From a virus: DNA of 64,000 bases. Shown piece after piece: positions 44,057-54,041 of the stretch; position 1 is the first letter of the stretch, and each line of letters opens with the position of its first letter. The notes beneath the pieces are model-generated. The model saw only the letters and a program-made list of their open reading frames with translations. It ran no database searches and had not been told where the DNA came from. The position numbers and the translations under genes are program-made. Where the stretch lies: the IMG/VR virus record IMGVR_UViG_3300048854_000232, positions 128,618 through 192,617 of that record; one strand, written 5' to 3'.

Positions 44057-45706
44057 ATGCCTCGCGTCGCCACTGAGATCCCAGAAACCATGGAGGCGAT
44101 TGTCCGCCCTGTGGCCCTGGACATCATTCGCCAGGTGGGTAAGCTCCTGGGCCTCCCCAAGAGCACCGCCATCTATTATCCGGGCTCTGCGGAGTCTGCT
44201 GCCCAAACCGGATCGACCCTCAACTACGAGGGCGAGCCGTCGAGCTTTCCGTTCTATGGCAAGCTGAAGATCGAAGCCAACGAGCAGTACATCGAAGACC
44301 GGGTGCTGACCGATGCGGTGTACCGCCATGAGTTCCTGCCGATCTTTATCGACAAGGACCTGGGTGTGCGGATCCATCCGGTCTACAGCGCCACCGAGAT
44401 GATCTTGAGCTTCACCTACCGCGCCGAAAGCCGTGTGGCTGCCGAGCGGTTCCGTGATGACATCAAGATGCGCACCTCAATGCTGCGCAAAGAAAACCTG
44501 CACGAGCTGACCTACCATTACGGCATCCCAGCCACCTACCTGCAACTGTGCCAGGAGATCCACACGCTGCGTGAGAAGATCGCGCCGTATGGGGAGGATT
44601 TCTCCAAGTGGTTCATGGACCATGTCGATCCGCGGGTGACGAACATCACCACCCTGATCGGTACGTCGCCGACCCTGGTGATCCCCGAGCATCAGGTCTG
44701 CGCCCTGGGCTGGTTTGACTTTGCCTTCGCTCCCGAACCGGCAGTGAAGGATTCGGAGTCGGGCACCTTCGATATCTCCTTTGAGTACCGGGTTACCTAC
44801 GACAAGGTGATCTCCTGCGTGATGGAGTACCCGCTGGTTGTCCATAACCAGATGATCGCCGCCCGTTGGCACGGTCAGCGGAACGCCTCGGGGGATCTGG
44901 CCTCGGATCCGGGTCTGCGCAAACGCGCACCCAGTCTGTCGCGGTACTTCTTCGACAAATTCGTCAGCGTCTACCCGTGCGAGTGCCAACGGCAGATCGA
45001 TGGGGTGTCGATGCCGGTCTTCGATGATTGGATCCCCGACACCGTCCATCCGGATACCAGCACGGTCTTCACCGCGATTGTCCAGGTCAGCCCGACCGAT
45101 CGGGGCGATGTAGTGAACCTGCAGTCCCTGGGAGATTGGAAGATCGATCCGACCCTGCTGCCGTTCCTGCAAGGGGAAGCACCGTTCCTGACCACCTACG
45201 GACAGTCGGTGGTGTATCTGAGCTTGTACCGTGACGGCGTGCCGGTCGATGACGGTGGTCTGACGGTGGACGCCGCCCTTAACGTGCGCTACACCCCGAC
45301 GATGGATCTGCGTCAGCGTTACCACTTGCGCATTGCGCTGGTGAACGACCTGACCATCCTGGACCGTCCGGCCATTGAGCGGTTCCGTAGCGGCGGTCAG
45401 GCGGCTTTGAAGATCCTGACCACCCTCCAGGCCAAGCTGGGCAAGAAAGGCTATCTACCGGTGTTGCGTGGCGGCAAGTACATCAGCTACGCCGACATCC
45501 TCGAGATTGGCCAGCGCATCAACTCGCTTAAGACTCCCTACCAGACCGGCGTCGAGTACGCCATGCTGACCGTGGGGAATTTCATCATTGCAGCTTCGCG
45601 GAGTTCCGACTATGCCCCTGATGCAGCCGACAACGCCGGAGGCTCAACCCACGAACCCGGTACCGGTGCGGGTGACGGACAAGCCCTACCAGGGTGTGGT
45701 CCTTGA
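44057..45706 (+). CDS. Virion structural protein (phiKZ gp98-like position)
   Basis: AGGAG SD, 549 aa. First gene of a four-gene closely coupled structural operon. Confidence 0.6.
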   Translation: MPRVATEIPETMEAIVRPVALDIIRQVGKLLGLPKSTAIYYPGSAESAAQTGSTLNYEGEPSSFPFYGKLKIEANEQYIEDRVLTDAVYRHEFLPIFIDKDLGVRIHPVYSATEMILSFTYRAESRVAAERFRDDIKMRTSMLRKENLHELTYHYGIPATYLQLCQEIHTLREKIAPYGEDFSKWFMDHVDPRVTNITTLIGTSPTLVIPEHQVCALGWFDFAFAPEPAVKDSESGTFDISFEYRVTYDKVISCVMEYPLVVHNQMIAARWHGQRNASGDLASDPGLRKRAPSLSRYFFDKFVSVYPCECQRQIDGVSMPVFDDWIPDTVHPDTSTVFTAIVQVSPTDRGDVVNLQSLGDWKIDPTLLPFLQGEAPFLTTYGQSVVYLSLYRDGVPVDDGGLTVDAALNVRYTPTMDLRQRYHLRIALVNDLTILDRPAIERFRSGGQAALKILTTLQAKLGKKGYLPVLRGGKYISYADILEIGQRINSLKTPYQTGVEYAMLTVGNFIIAASRSSDYAPDAADNAGGSTHEPGTGAGDGQALPGCGP

Positions 45707-46994
45707 TACCAAGTACGACCCCAAGGCCAGTCTGCTCACCTATGTGGAAGGCAGTAACTGGTCGGTCAACTACTACTCGCAGGTTCTGGGCAAAGACAAC
45801 GAAGTGATCGCTCAGCAGATGGGACGCGCCGCGCCCTATCAGCAGTACTGGCTGGTCAAGCAGTTCGAGCTCAAAGTCACCCAGGCGCTGACCTCCTCCC
45901 AGCAAGATGACAGCAAGAGCATGAACGTGACGGGGGTGGCAACCACCTACCCGCACTTCATCCCGAACAAGGGTGACATGTTCATCGCTGACATCGGCGA
46001 CGGCAACGAGGGCGTGTTCTCGATCACCGACTCGATCAAGAAGACCTACCTGAAGGAATCGCTCTACGAGATCCAGTACGAACTGGTCGCGTATTTGGAC
46101 GAAGCCCGGAAGGCGGACTTGGATGCCAAGACGGTCAAGACCACGCAGTTTGTCAAGGACTTCCTGACCTTCGGGCAAAACCCGATGGTGCTCTCGGAAG
46201 ACTACGACATGCTCCAGGCCATGGAGAAGGATTACAAGAACCTCCTGGCCCTGTACCTGCGCGACTTCTTCTCACTGAACTACCAGACCCTGGTGATCCC
46301 CGGACAAGCCGGCCGGACCAGCTACGATCCGTTCCTGGCCAAGGCGTTCTTGAACGTGGTCTCCACCGACGACAACCCGGTCGTGTCCAAGATCCGCCTG
46401 CCCAACGTGGCAACCGATCAGGCAATGGATTGCCAGACCGTCTGGGATGCCCTGCTGTCGCTGAACGGCGATATCCTGCCGACCGTGGCCCAGGCGATGG
46501 TGTTGCTGCCGACCCTGCACTTCAAGCGCTTCCCGCAGCTCTCGGGCATCTACTACACCGGTATCGAACGGGTGATCTACCCGGTGGATGCACGGACCGA
46601 TGTGGATGCGACTTACGAGCCCGGCATGCTGGCTCCGGTGGGTGACTCGGTGACCTTTGGTGGTCGTCGTTACGAGGCCCTGGAACGTCTGTTGCCCTCG
46701 CAAGCGCTGAAGGGGTTCAGCTACGATCCGCCCATGCCCAACCTGTTGCCGGACGTGGTGCCGGTGACTGCCGATCCGTACTACGTCTTCACTGCCGGCT
46801 TCTACGGCATGGACGATGCCAAACCCGCGTCCAACCTCGAGGTCTTGACCTTGCAGGCGCTGCGCGGCGACGCCCTTGATACCGTGGCTCTGCATAAGCT
46901 CGCCGCCAAGGCGATGCTGTGGGAAAACCTCGAGCGGTTCTACTACACGCCCGTGCTTCTCACACTCCTGCAGGCTGCGCTCCGCCGGAACTGA
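45612..46994 (+). CDS. Virion structural protein (phiKZ gp99-like)
   Basis: SLLTYVEGSNWSVNYYSQ, PNKGDMFIADIGDG, LERFYYTPVL motifs. Synteny. Confidence 0.6.
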   Translation: MPLMQPTTPEAQPTNPVPVRVTDKPYQGVVLDTKYDPKASLLTYVEGSNWSVNYYSQVLGKDNEVIAQQMGRAAPYQQYWLVKQFELKVTQALTSSQQDDSKSMNVTGVATTYPHFIPNKGDMFIADIGDGNEGVFSITDSIKKTYLKESLYEIQYELVAYLDEARKADLDAKTVKTTQFVKDFLTFGQNPMVLSEDYDMLQAMEKDYKNLLALYLRDFFSLNYQTLVIPGQAGRTSYDPFLAKAFLNVVSTDDNPVVSKIRLPNVATDQAMDCQTVWDALLSLNGDILPTVAQAMVLLPTLHFKRFPQLSGIYYTGIERVIYPVDARTDVDATYEPGMLAPVGDSVTFGGRRYEALERLLPSQALKGFSYDPPMPNLLPDVVPVTADPYYVFTAGFYGMDDAKPASNLEVLTLQALRGDALDTVALHKLAAKAMLWENLERFYYTPVLLTLLQAALRRN

Positions 46995-46998
46995 TCCC

Positions 46999-47619
46999 AT
47001 GACCATGACCTCCGAAGTCATCACGAACTTTATTCCGAACTACGACACGTCCAAGCACTCCGCGGCGTACAAGTTGTTCCATTACAAGTTCATCTGTGCC
47101 ATTGCGCACATGCACCTGCATACGCAAGAACACACCGAAGTCTTCGGATACGTCACCTCTGGCGATGCAGCGACCGATCGCGCCCAGGCCCAAGCCGAAG
47201 CCCACGTGCAGCTGACCGTGGCAGCGATGGCCGAGTTCCATCACGACGGGATTCCCTTCCGTCTGGTGAGCCCGGATCCGGATGCGGTCAAGATCTACAA
47301 CCTGATCTATGAGCACCTGAGCGATTGGAAGAAGCACATGGATCAGTCCGCGTCGTTCGAAGCGCCGTTGGACGACTTGCGTAAGTTCGACGCGCTGGCC
47401 GGTGAGGTCTACCAGATCGCCAAGTTCTACATGGCCACGGCGCCGCAGCACGGTGCCTTGAATGCAGCGTTGCAGACCCTGCTGGCTCGTCGCGGTGGGA
47501 TGCGTCGCCATGCTGGACCGGCCGCACCAGAGATCGTTCGTCAGGTGGCTAGCACGCACACGCCCATGGCAGACTCCATCGCCAAGGAAGTCACGGAGCG
47601 GAAGAAATCATGGCGCTAG
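46999..47619 (+). CDS. Hypothetical protein (phiKZ gp100-like position)
   Basis: ~206 aa, APLDDLRKFD motif, located between structural genes. Confidence 0.6.
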   Translation: MTMTSEVITNFIPNYDTSKHSAAYKLFHYKFICAIAHMHLHTQEHTEVFGYVTSGDAATDRAQAQAEAHVQLTVAAMAEFHHDGIPFRLVSPDPDAVKIYNLIYEHLSDWKKHMDQSASFEAPLDDLRKFDALAGEVYQIAKFYMATAPQHGALNAALQTLLARRGGMRRHAGPAAPEIVRQVASTHTPMADSIAKEVTERKKSWR

Positions 47620-48986
47620 AAAATACCTCGTTCGTTAACGAGATCAACCAGATCGCCCAGAACGGTCCGACCAACGTCATGTTCCATTGGCGTGCGGATA
47701 TCCTGGCCAACGGGCAGACCCTCCCGGCGCAGAAGCTGCTGTCGCGGGATCGGATCTGTAACTACGTGGAGTCCTACGCGGACGAGACGATCGTGGAGCT
47801 GGTGTTTGGTAAGGGCACCTACAACCACGATGTCCTACCGTATAAAGAGAACCTGCTGATCACCTTGTACCGGGAGCCGTTGGGCGAGGTGGCGTTGTCC
47901 GCCACCGATACCAGCACGCAGGTGATCACCCAGCAGTTTCGTGGGGTGATCATCGATCCGAAGTCCGCGGTGATCGAGGGGAACGATCCGTACGCCCAAG
48001 ACAAGGACGCCTCGGACCTGACCAACCTGGTGTACATCAAGTTCCAGTTGCTGGATCTGACGATCGAGCAGTTGCGCATGCGTACCACGGGCATGACCCT
48101 CCGCAACACCACGGGCGCGGAAGCGATTCGTTACATCCTGACCACCGAGTCGGCCAAGGTCAACATCGATTCGGATCAGAAGGTCCAGGGCGTGGATCTG
48201 TACCCACCCAACAACACCCAGCCGCAGAACCACATCGTCATCCCCCACGGCACCCGTGTTACGGACGTGCCGGAGATGATCGTGCAACGCGCTGGGGGGA
48301 TCTACAACGCCGGCTTTGGCTTTTACCTGCAAGCGGCCCGTTGGTATATCTACCCGCTCTACGACATCAAGCGCTACGACAACTCGTTGAAGACCCTGAC
48401 CTTGTTCAACGTACCAAAGAACCGGTTGCCCGGTACCGAGCGTACGTTCCGCACCACCGCCAACCAGGTCATTGCCCTGGTCACTGGCGATGTGAAGCAC
48501 ATGGACAACACCGAAGCCCAGCAGTTGAACCAGGGTAACGGCGTGCGCTTTGCCGATGCGACCAAGATCATGGATGGCTTTGTCACGGTCAAGGATAACA
48601 AGGCGCAAGTCTTGCGGTCCAAGAACAACAACGAGTATCTGGCCGAGTCCCGCGACACGGGTCTGAACAACGTGCAGCTGGCGACCAACCGCATCACCTC
48701 CAACCCGTTCCAGGAACTGTCCAAGCTCGCTCGCCGCGCCGGCAGTCACCTCATGTGCCGGTGGGAGAACTCCGACCCGGATTTGATCTTCCCCGGTATG
48801 CCGGTGAAGTACATGTACATCGTGGACGATCAGGTCGTGGAGGCTATTGGCACCGTTGTCTTTGCCCACCACTTCACGGGCACGGATCGCCCAGGTTTCA
48901 CCACCCAACGACACGTCACCAGCTCGGTCCTCACGCTCTTCTTGAACAAGAAGATCGATTGGTCACAAGTCGACGTTGACGCTTAA
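47610..48986 (+). CDS. Virion structural protein (phiKZ gp101-like, possible baseplate hub)
   Basis: 458 aa, beta-rich, with GIYNAGFGFY..WYIYPLY and WENSDPDLIFPGMPV. Confidence 0.6.
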   Translation: MALENTSFVNEINQIAQNGPTNVMFHWRADILANGQTLPAQKLLSRDRICNYVESYADETIVELVFGKGTYNHDVLPYKENLLITLYREPLGEVALSATDTSTQVITQQFRGVIIDPKSAVIEGNDPYAQDKDASDLTNLVYIKFQLLDLTIEQLRMRTTGMTLRNTTGAEAIRYILTTESAKVNIDSDQKVQGVDLYPPNNTQPQNHIVIPHGTRVTDVPEMIVQRAGGIYNAGFGFYLQAARWYIYPLYDIKRYDNSLKTLTLFNVPKNRLPGTERTFRTTANQVIALVTGDVKHMDNTEAQQLNQGNGVRFADATKIMDGFVTVKDNKAQVLRSKNNNEYLAESRDTGLNNVQLATNRITSNPFQELSKLARRAGSHLMCRWENSDPDLIFPGMPVKYMYIVDDQVVEAIGTVVFAHHFTGTDRPGFTTQRHVTSSVLTLFLNKKIDWSQVDVDA

Positions 48987-49026
48987 CCCCCAAGTCCCTC
49001 GCATCACCTGTAACCGGAGTATCGCT

Positions 49027-49548
49027 GTGACCACGAAGACCAGCACCCAGCTCGTGTTTGATCTGTTCAATCGGATGAACTCGGGCCTGCAGTATCCGCT
49101 TTCCCCGACCAACGTTGTCCTGGGCGCTCCGGCAACCAACGACAACGGCGCGATCAGCAAGAACACCAAGGCGACCCTCACCGCCATCGGCGGCCAGGGC
49201 TACAGCGGTTCGACCACGGTGTACTACAACCGTGTCGACCTGGCGGATATCCTCGCTACCGGTTCGTCGAACTTCCCGCTGACCAACCAGGTCAGCTCGG
49301 CCGACATCCTGGCGCTGTGGAATGCCGCGTTCAACACCAACCTCATCGCCGCCGACATCGTCGTCGAAGCCCTGCCCGCTCCGGCGGCCAACGGCTCGAT
49401 CAGCTACACGCTGAAGGCCAACACCGCTTCCCCGGCCTTCATCGGTCAGGCAGCGCTGGTCCTGGCTCCGGCTGCGATCCCGCTCTCCACGGCGATCACC
49501 ACCACCGACATGACGGGCCTGTCCGTCTCGGACGTCACGGCTGCCTAA
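49027..49548 (+). CDS. Small tail/baseplate-associated structural protein
   Basis: GGAG SD plus GTG. NTKATLTA..GYSGSTTVYYNRVDLA module typical of phiKZ-like tail-associated paralogues. Confidence 0.6.
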   Translation: MTTKTSTQLVFDLFNRMNSGLQYPLSPTNVVLGAPATNDNGAISKNTKATLTAIGGQGYSGSTTVYYNRVDLADILATGSSNFPLTNQVSSADILALWNAAFNTNLIAADIVVEALPAPAANGSISYTLKANTASPAFIGQAALVLAPAAIPLSTAITTTDMTGLSVSDVTAA

Positions 49549-49564
49549 GCGTTACGGCCAAAGC

Positions 49565-49604
49565 GGCATACGAGGAGGCCTACGGGCCTCCTCGGTTTTA
49601 TGCC
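49565..49604. terminator. GGCATA-hairpin-TATGCC element between convergent genes
   Basis: GGCATA-CGAGGAGGCC-TACG-GGCCTCCTCG-GTTTTATGCC. Confidence 0.82.
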
Positions 49605-50045
49605 CTAATGGGCGACGAGTTCCCAAGGTCGGGTCTCGCCAGGGGTCGGGTTCCACGGGCTCACCGAATAGAAGGTGTAGCCAATCAAGGACTGGTAGGT
49701 GGCCAGGACCTTACGCCGGTTGTCGAAGTAGTAGGCTTGCTTGCCGTCCAAGGAGGCGACCTCGGAAATGCAGTGGCCATGGTTGGTCTCATCCAGACAG
49801 ATCACCAACCGGGATTGAAAGCCGGCCGCGATGGCGGCGCGCATGCAGATCATCGCGAACTCTTCGCAGTCACCTTTGATCGGCACGCGTTTGGTCACCG
49901 CCGGCTGCAACACGGCATCGGCTTCCCAGTACTCCAGCACGCCATGGGTTTCTTGGTCCGAGGCGTAGGTGTAGTTCTGCAAGACGCGGGTGTGGATCGA
50001 CTCCAAGGTATCGACTTGCTTAGGAGTGAAACCGACAGTGGTCAT
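49605..50045 (-). CDS. Bacterial transglutaminase-like cysteine protease (BTLCP/LapG-like, peptidase C93) catalytic domain
   Basis: YASDQETHGVLEYW..KGDCEEFA..RLVI..GHCI..YFDNR gives a Cys-His-Asp triad. Confidence 0.82.
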   Translation of the reverse strand: MTTVGFTPKQVDTLESIHTRVLQNYTYASDQETHGVLEYWEADAVLQPAVTKRVPIKGDCEEFAMICMRAAIAAGFQSRLVICLDETNHGHCISEVASLDGKQAYYFDNRRKVLATYQSLIGYTFYSVSPWNPTPGETRPWELVAH

Positions 50046-50215
50046 TAGCAGGAGCCCCCACGCGCCCTGAGCTCCTGACAGCCGATAGGAGCGACGGTCG
50101 GGCCAGAGGTAGACAACGGGGCTTGCGGCTTGGGCACGGGCGTCGTGCACGCTCCCAGGACGCCACAGGCGACCGTAAGGACGGCGGTAGCAACAATAAC
50201 GGAGAAGTGGCGCAT
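50045..50215 (-). CDS. Small predicted lipoprotein (56 aa)
   Basis: MRHFSVIVATAVLTVACGVLGAC signal/lipobox. Its stop overlaps the BTLCP start (TAATG). Confidence 0.65.
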   Translation of the reverse strand: MRHFSVIVATAVLTVACGVLGACTTPVPKPQAPLSTSGPTVAPIGCQELRARGGSC

Positions 50216-50305
50216 GGGAAGCTCTCTTGGGTGGTTGACATACCATCTGGCAATTCTTACGCCCGCGGATATGCTTTGACTTTCACGACCTATAACGAGC
50301 GCGCC

Positions 50306-51034
50306 ATGACTACCGCTGTGACGAAACGCACTGTACCCTTCGGTCTGTTCATTACCCTGGAGGGGATCGATGGATCGGGTAAGACCACAGCGGCCAAGGC
50401 CCTGCACCACTGGCTGGACAAGGAAGGCTACGACGTCATCCTGACCCACGAACCCGGCGGCACCGAGTTCGGTTACGAATGCCGAAAGCTCTTCTTGGAA
50501 CACCACAAGACCCTGGCCCCGGAAGCGGAGATCGGTCTGCTGGTCACGGCCAAAGCCGAACTCATGCACAAGGTCATCCGTCCGGCTTTGGCCGCGGGTA
50601 AGATCGTGATCTGCGACCGCTACACCGATACGTTGTTTGCCTACCAAGGCGGCGGCAAGGGACACGATCTGAAACTCATCGATAAGATCGTTATCGCCAT
50701 GGGTTGCAATCGCGATCCGGACTACACCTTCTTCATCGACGTCCGTCCCCAGGTCGCGCTCTCCCGAGCAGCGGTGCGTACGGTGGGCGGTGGCGAAGAC
50801 ACCGACTTCGATCGGGCAGGTGTGGAGTTCCGTGACAAGCTGATCGCAGGGTTCAAGAAGCGGCTGCATTCGCGCGACCCGCTGAGCCTGCGTCACACCC
50901 GCATCGACGGTGAGCAGTCCATGCCCCGCGTGCTGGTGGACATTCAGTCCCACATCTTCGAGCTGCTCAAACCCAAAGACAACCTTTCGGCGGCCCTTGC
51001 CCGCGCCGAGGCTTCACCTGACAAGGTTTCCTAA
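50306..51034 (+). CDS. tmk: Thymidylate kinase
   Basis: FITLEGIDGSGKTT, THEPGGT, VIRPALAAGKIVICDRY..AYQG. Confidence 0.93.
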   Translation: MTTAVTKRTVPFGLFITLEGIDGSGKTTAAKALHHWLDKEGYDVILTHEPGGTEFGYECRKLFLEHHKTLAPEAEIGLLVTAKAELMHKVIRPALAAGKIVICDRYTDTLFAYQGGGKGHDLKLIDKIVIAMGCNRDPDYTFFIDVRPQVALSRAAVRTVGGGEDTDFDRAGVEFRDKLIAGFKKRLHSRDPLSLRHTRIDGEQSMPRVLVDIQSHIFELLKPKDNLSAALARAEASPDKVS

Positions 51035-51408
51035 TGACTGCCGTCCGTACAGCCGAGCCGATCTTCAACGACGGCGATCCCGTCCCGACGCATTACAGCG
51101 TCCCCTCCGGTGTGGTCACTGACCTCATCTTCTTCATCGGCACCTCGCCGGCGGTTGACTTTGCGCCTGCGCATATCAACCCGGTGGTCTACATGGGAAA
51201 GCTCAAGCGCATTCCCCAGCCCGGCGATAAGGGTAATCTCTTTGGCCTGTGGGCCAGCCGTGCGATCACCAAGAGCGAGCTAAAGACCATCACCACCGAC
51301 GCCCTGGCTATGTGGCAGACCATGTGGCCGGATAACTCCACTGGCACCGGTCGGGATCCGATCCGCTATGGCATGCAGTGGGCACCCGGCGCCCTGATCG
51401 AGGGTTGA
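51034..51408 (+). CDS. Hypothetical protein
   Basis: 124 aa, TAATG coupling with tmk. Confidence 0.7.
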   Translation: MTAVRTAEPIFNDGDPVPTHYSVPSGVVTDLIFFIGTSPAVDFAPAHINPVVYMGKLKRIPQPGDKGNLFGLWASRAITKSELKTITTDALAMWQTMWPDNSTGTGRDPIRYGMQWAPGALIEG

Positions 51409-51409
51409 T

Positions 51410-51766
51410 ATGTCCTACGAACATGTCCTATACACCGTCTTTGAAGATCAGACCGGCGAGAACTACTCGCTGCCCTTCACGGGCGATCCCGAAGACGATG
51501 CGGTGACCACGATCGTCACCGAGACCACCGAGATCCACGAGGCGATCGCCTTGGTCTTGGAAGCGGACAAGCGCCGACACGTCGCCGCCTCCCGAAAAGT
51601 GGATGGCTGCGAGATCACGATCTCGCTGGACAAGCGAGCGTTGGCACTCGTGGTGCGTGAGCTGAAGACATTCGGCTCCCACGATCCCGGCTACCGCGCG
51701 TGGATCAACGAACTGGTGTTGACCACCAATCTGCGACCTTTGTTGCATGGGCGGGTCACGAGCTAA
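51410..51766 (+). CDS. Hypothetical protein
   Basis: 118 aa, GAGG SD. Confidence 0.7.
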   Translation: MSYEHVLYTVFEDQTGENYSLPFTGDPEDDAVTTIVTETTEIHEAIALVLEADKRRHVAASRKVDGCEITISLDKRALALVVRELKTFGSHDPGYRAWINELVLTTNLRPLLHGRVTS

Positions 51767-51838
51767 CTCGACAGGATTTGAGGTACGTACTATCCATTCG
51801 TAACCTCTCCCTGAACACCTACCTCGTAAAGGAGCTTT

Positions 51839-52495
51839 ATGCGCATCTTCCTGGTCCGTCACGGGCAGTCCGAAGCCAACGTCGGGTTGCACGATTACAG
51901 CGCCGCTGGCGATCACGCCATTGTCTTGACCGACAAAGGCCAGCGCCAAGCCGAAGAGGCGGGTGCACTGTTGAGCCCCACGCTTCAGCAGGTCCATAGC
52001 CGCACTCTGATCTACCGTTCGCCGTACACACGGACCCGGCAGACCCTGGAAGGCATGTTCCGCGGCGCTGGCGTCGCCGGTACACCGCGCGTGTTCGAAG
52101 ACCCGCGTCTGCGGGAGACCGATCACGGCTACAGCGACATCGACGAACAGCAAGCGCTGCGCAACATCCACGGTTGGTTCTACTACCGCTACGCCGGAGG
52201 TGAGAGCCCTGCCGATTGCTCGGACCGGATGAGCAGCTTCCTGGAAAGCATGATGCGCCAGGTGTGGCGGAAGGATCCTACCGAGGTCGTCATCGTCACC
52301 CACGGCCTGTCCATTCGTTGCTTTGTCATGCGCTTCCTGCACCTGACCGTGGAGCAGTTCGAGTCGATGGCCAATCCGGGCAACTGCGACATCATCCGCA
52401 TCGACAACCGCGAAAGTATCACCGACCCGGTGTTCACCAGCGGTCGTTGGGCGGTGGAAGGCATCAAGCTGCGCGAACCAGCACCTATCGCCTAA
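51839..52495 (+). CDS. Histidine phosphatase (phosphoglycerate-mutase family)
   Basis: FLVRHGQS, LTDKGQRQA, SPYTRTRQT, RLRE, GES, IVTHG, N-C motifs. Confidence 0.92.
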   Translation: MRIFLVRHGQSEANVGLHDYSAAGDHAIVLTDKGQRQAEEAGALLSPTLQQVHSRTLIYRSPYTRTRQTLEGMFRGAGVAGTPRVFEDPRLRETDHGYSDIDEQQALRNIHGWFYYRYAGGESPADCSDRMSSFLESMMRQVWRKDPTEVVIVTHGLSIRCFVMRFLHLTVEQFESMANPGNCDIIRIDNRESITDPVFTSGRWAVEGIKLREPAPIA

Positions 52496-52516
52496 GTTAG
52501 CTAACAAGGATTCTAA

Positions 52517-53404
52517 GTGAACGATACTCCTGCACGCAATGTCTGCTTCTATCACAAGGACTGTTTGGACGGTACAGCCTCGGCATGGGTTGTGGGCATG
52601 TGCATTCCCAAGGTCGAATTCCACGCGCTCAACTACACCGACCCGTTGCCTGTTGACGTCTCCAACGCCGTGCTGTACATCGTCGACTTCTCCTTCGACG
52701 TCGCCACCATGCGCCGACTCATCGCTCGGGCTCGTAGGGTGATCTTGATCGATCACCATCCCCGCACCGAGGGGATCATCGAGGAACTGCGTGACACCAC
52801 GCCCCCGGGTAAGTTCTTCGGCATCTTCAACTCGCAAATGTCGGGAGCGCTCTTGACGTGGGAGTACTTCCGCCACGACTCGACGCATCGCACGCCCAAG
52901 CATTGGGGCGACCAGCCACCGCAGATCCTCAACCACATCAGCGATCGGGATCTGTGGCTGTTCAAGTTGCCTGACACCAAGGTGATCTGTGACGGCCTGT
53001 CCCAGTACCCCAAGAGCCCCGAGGCGTGGTTGAACCTGCCTGTCGATGGCACGTTCTTCCTCGACCAGATGAAGGTCGATGCGAATCCGGTCCGTCGCTT
53101 GAAGAACACCATCATCGACGAGATCGTTCTGCAGACCCTGCGCATGGTCATCATGAGCGGGTACGAAGTGCCGCTGATCAACTGTCCGCGGTTCCTGACC
53201 TCCGACGCGTTGGCCACGCTCACTGCCGACTACCCGTTTGCCGTGGCGTACTACGACTCACCCGAAGGCCGGGTGTTCAGCTTGCGTAGCGATAAGGTCA
53301 AGGGGATTAATATCCGCTCGATCTGTCAGGCCATGAACGGGGACGGTCATGACCACGCTGGCGGTTTCACCGCACCTTCCGACCATCCACTCGCCCAACT
53401 GTAA
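52517..53404 (+). CDS. DHH/DHHA1-family phosphoesterase
   Basis: YHKDCLDG, IVDFS, IDHH, SGALLTWEYF, SDRDLW, SLRS, GDGHDHAGGF. Confidence 0.9.
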   Translation: MNDTPARNVCFYHKDCLDGTASAWVVGMCIPKVEFHALNYTDPLPVDVSNAVLYIVDFSFDVATMRRLIARARRVILIDHHPRTEGIIEELRDTTPPGKFFGIFNSQMSGALLTWEYFRHDSTHRTPKHWGDQPPQILNHISDRDLWLFKLPDTKVICDGLSQYPKSPEAWLNLPVDGTFFLDQMKVDANPVRRLKNTIIDEIVLQTLRMVIMSGYEVPLINCPRFLTSDALATLTADYPFAVAYYDSPEGRVFSLRSDKVKGINIRSICQAMNGDGHDHAGGFTAPSDHPLAQL

Positions 53405-53416
53405 TCCAGGACTTCC

Positions 53417-54040
53417 ATGACCATCGAAACCGAGTTCCCGACCCACGTCGACCAGATCGATCATAGCGACCTTGCCGACCACGTCGTCCAGGCGCCGTAC
53501 ATCCCCCGTCCCGTCATGGTCAAGTACCTGAAGTCGTCGTTGCGCGGCGGTACGGACCTGGAGCAGCGCCTGCAGGGCTTCCTCGAGCTGCACCTGAAGC
53601 GCATCACGGGCCTGTGGGCAGGTCGTTACCGCGACGCCGACACCCGTGAACTGCTGAACCCGACCACGCATGTGTCGATCACCTTCGACGAGCACTACAA
53701 CGCCTCGTTCCAGGCCATGCTCGACCAGGTCATGGAACTCGGCGGCAATTTCGACCTCCTCTTCGTCGAGCCGGATCCGGCCCTGAGGAAGCCCATCCGC
53801 GTGTGGCGTGCCACGCTCGAGCCGTTGCAGTCGGGCCTGTTCCCGCTGAGCCGCGACCTCGACCTCACGCCGCAGCCGCTGGATGAGGTGACCATCGAAC
53901 TGGCACCGGTTCCCGAAACGCGTTTCGGCTACAACAACGCCGACGATCTGGTCCAGGCCCAGGCATGGATCGACACCATGAACGAGGCCGGCATCCAGGC
54001 TGCCACCGCCGAGCCGACCGAACCCACCACGGAGAGTTGA
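53417..54040 (+). CDS. Hypothetical protein
   Basis: 207 aa, AGGA SD. Confidence 0.75.
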   Translation: MTIETEFPTHVDQIDHSDLADHVVQAPYIPRPVMVKYLKSSLRGGTDLEQRLQGFLELHLKRITGLWAGRYRDADTRELLNPTTHVSITFDEHYNASFQAMLDQVMELGGNFDLLFVEPDPALRKPIRVWRATLEPLQSGLFPLSRDLDLTPQPLDEVTIELAPVPETRFGYNNADDLVQAQAWIDTMNEAGIQAATAEPTEPTTES

Positions 54041-54041
54041 T

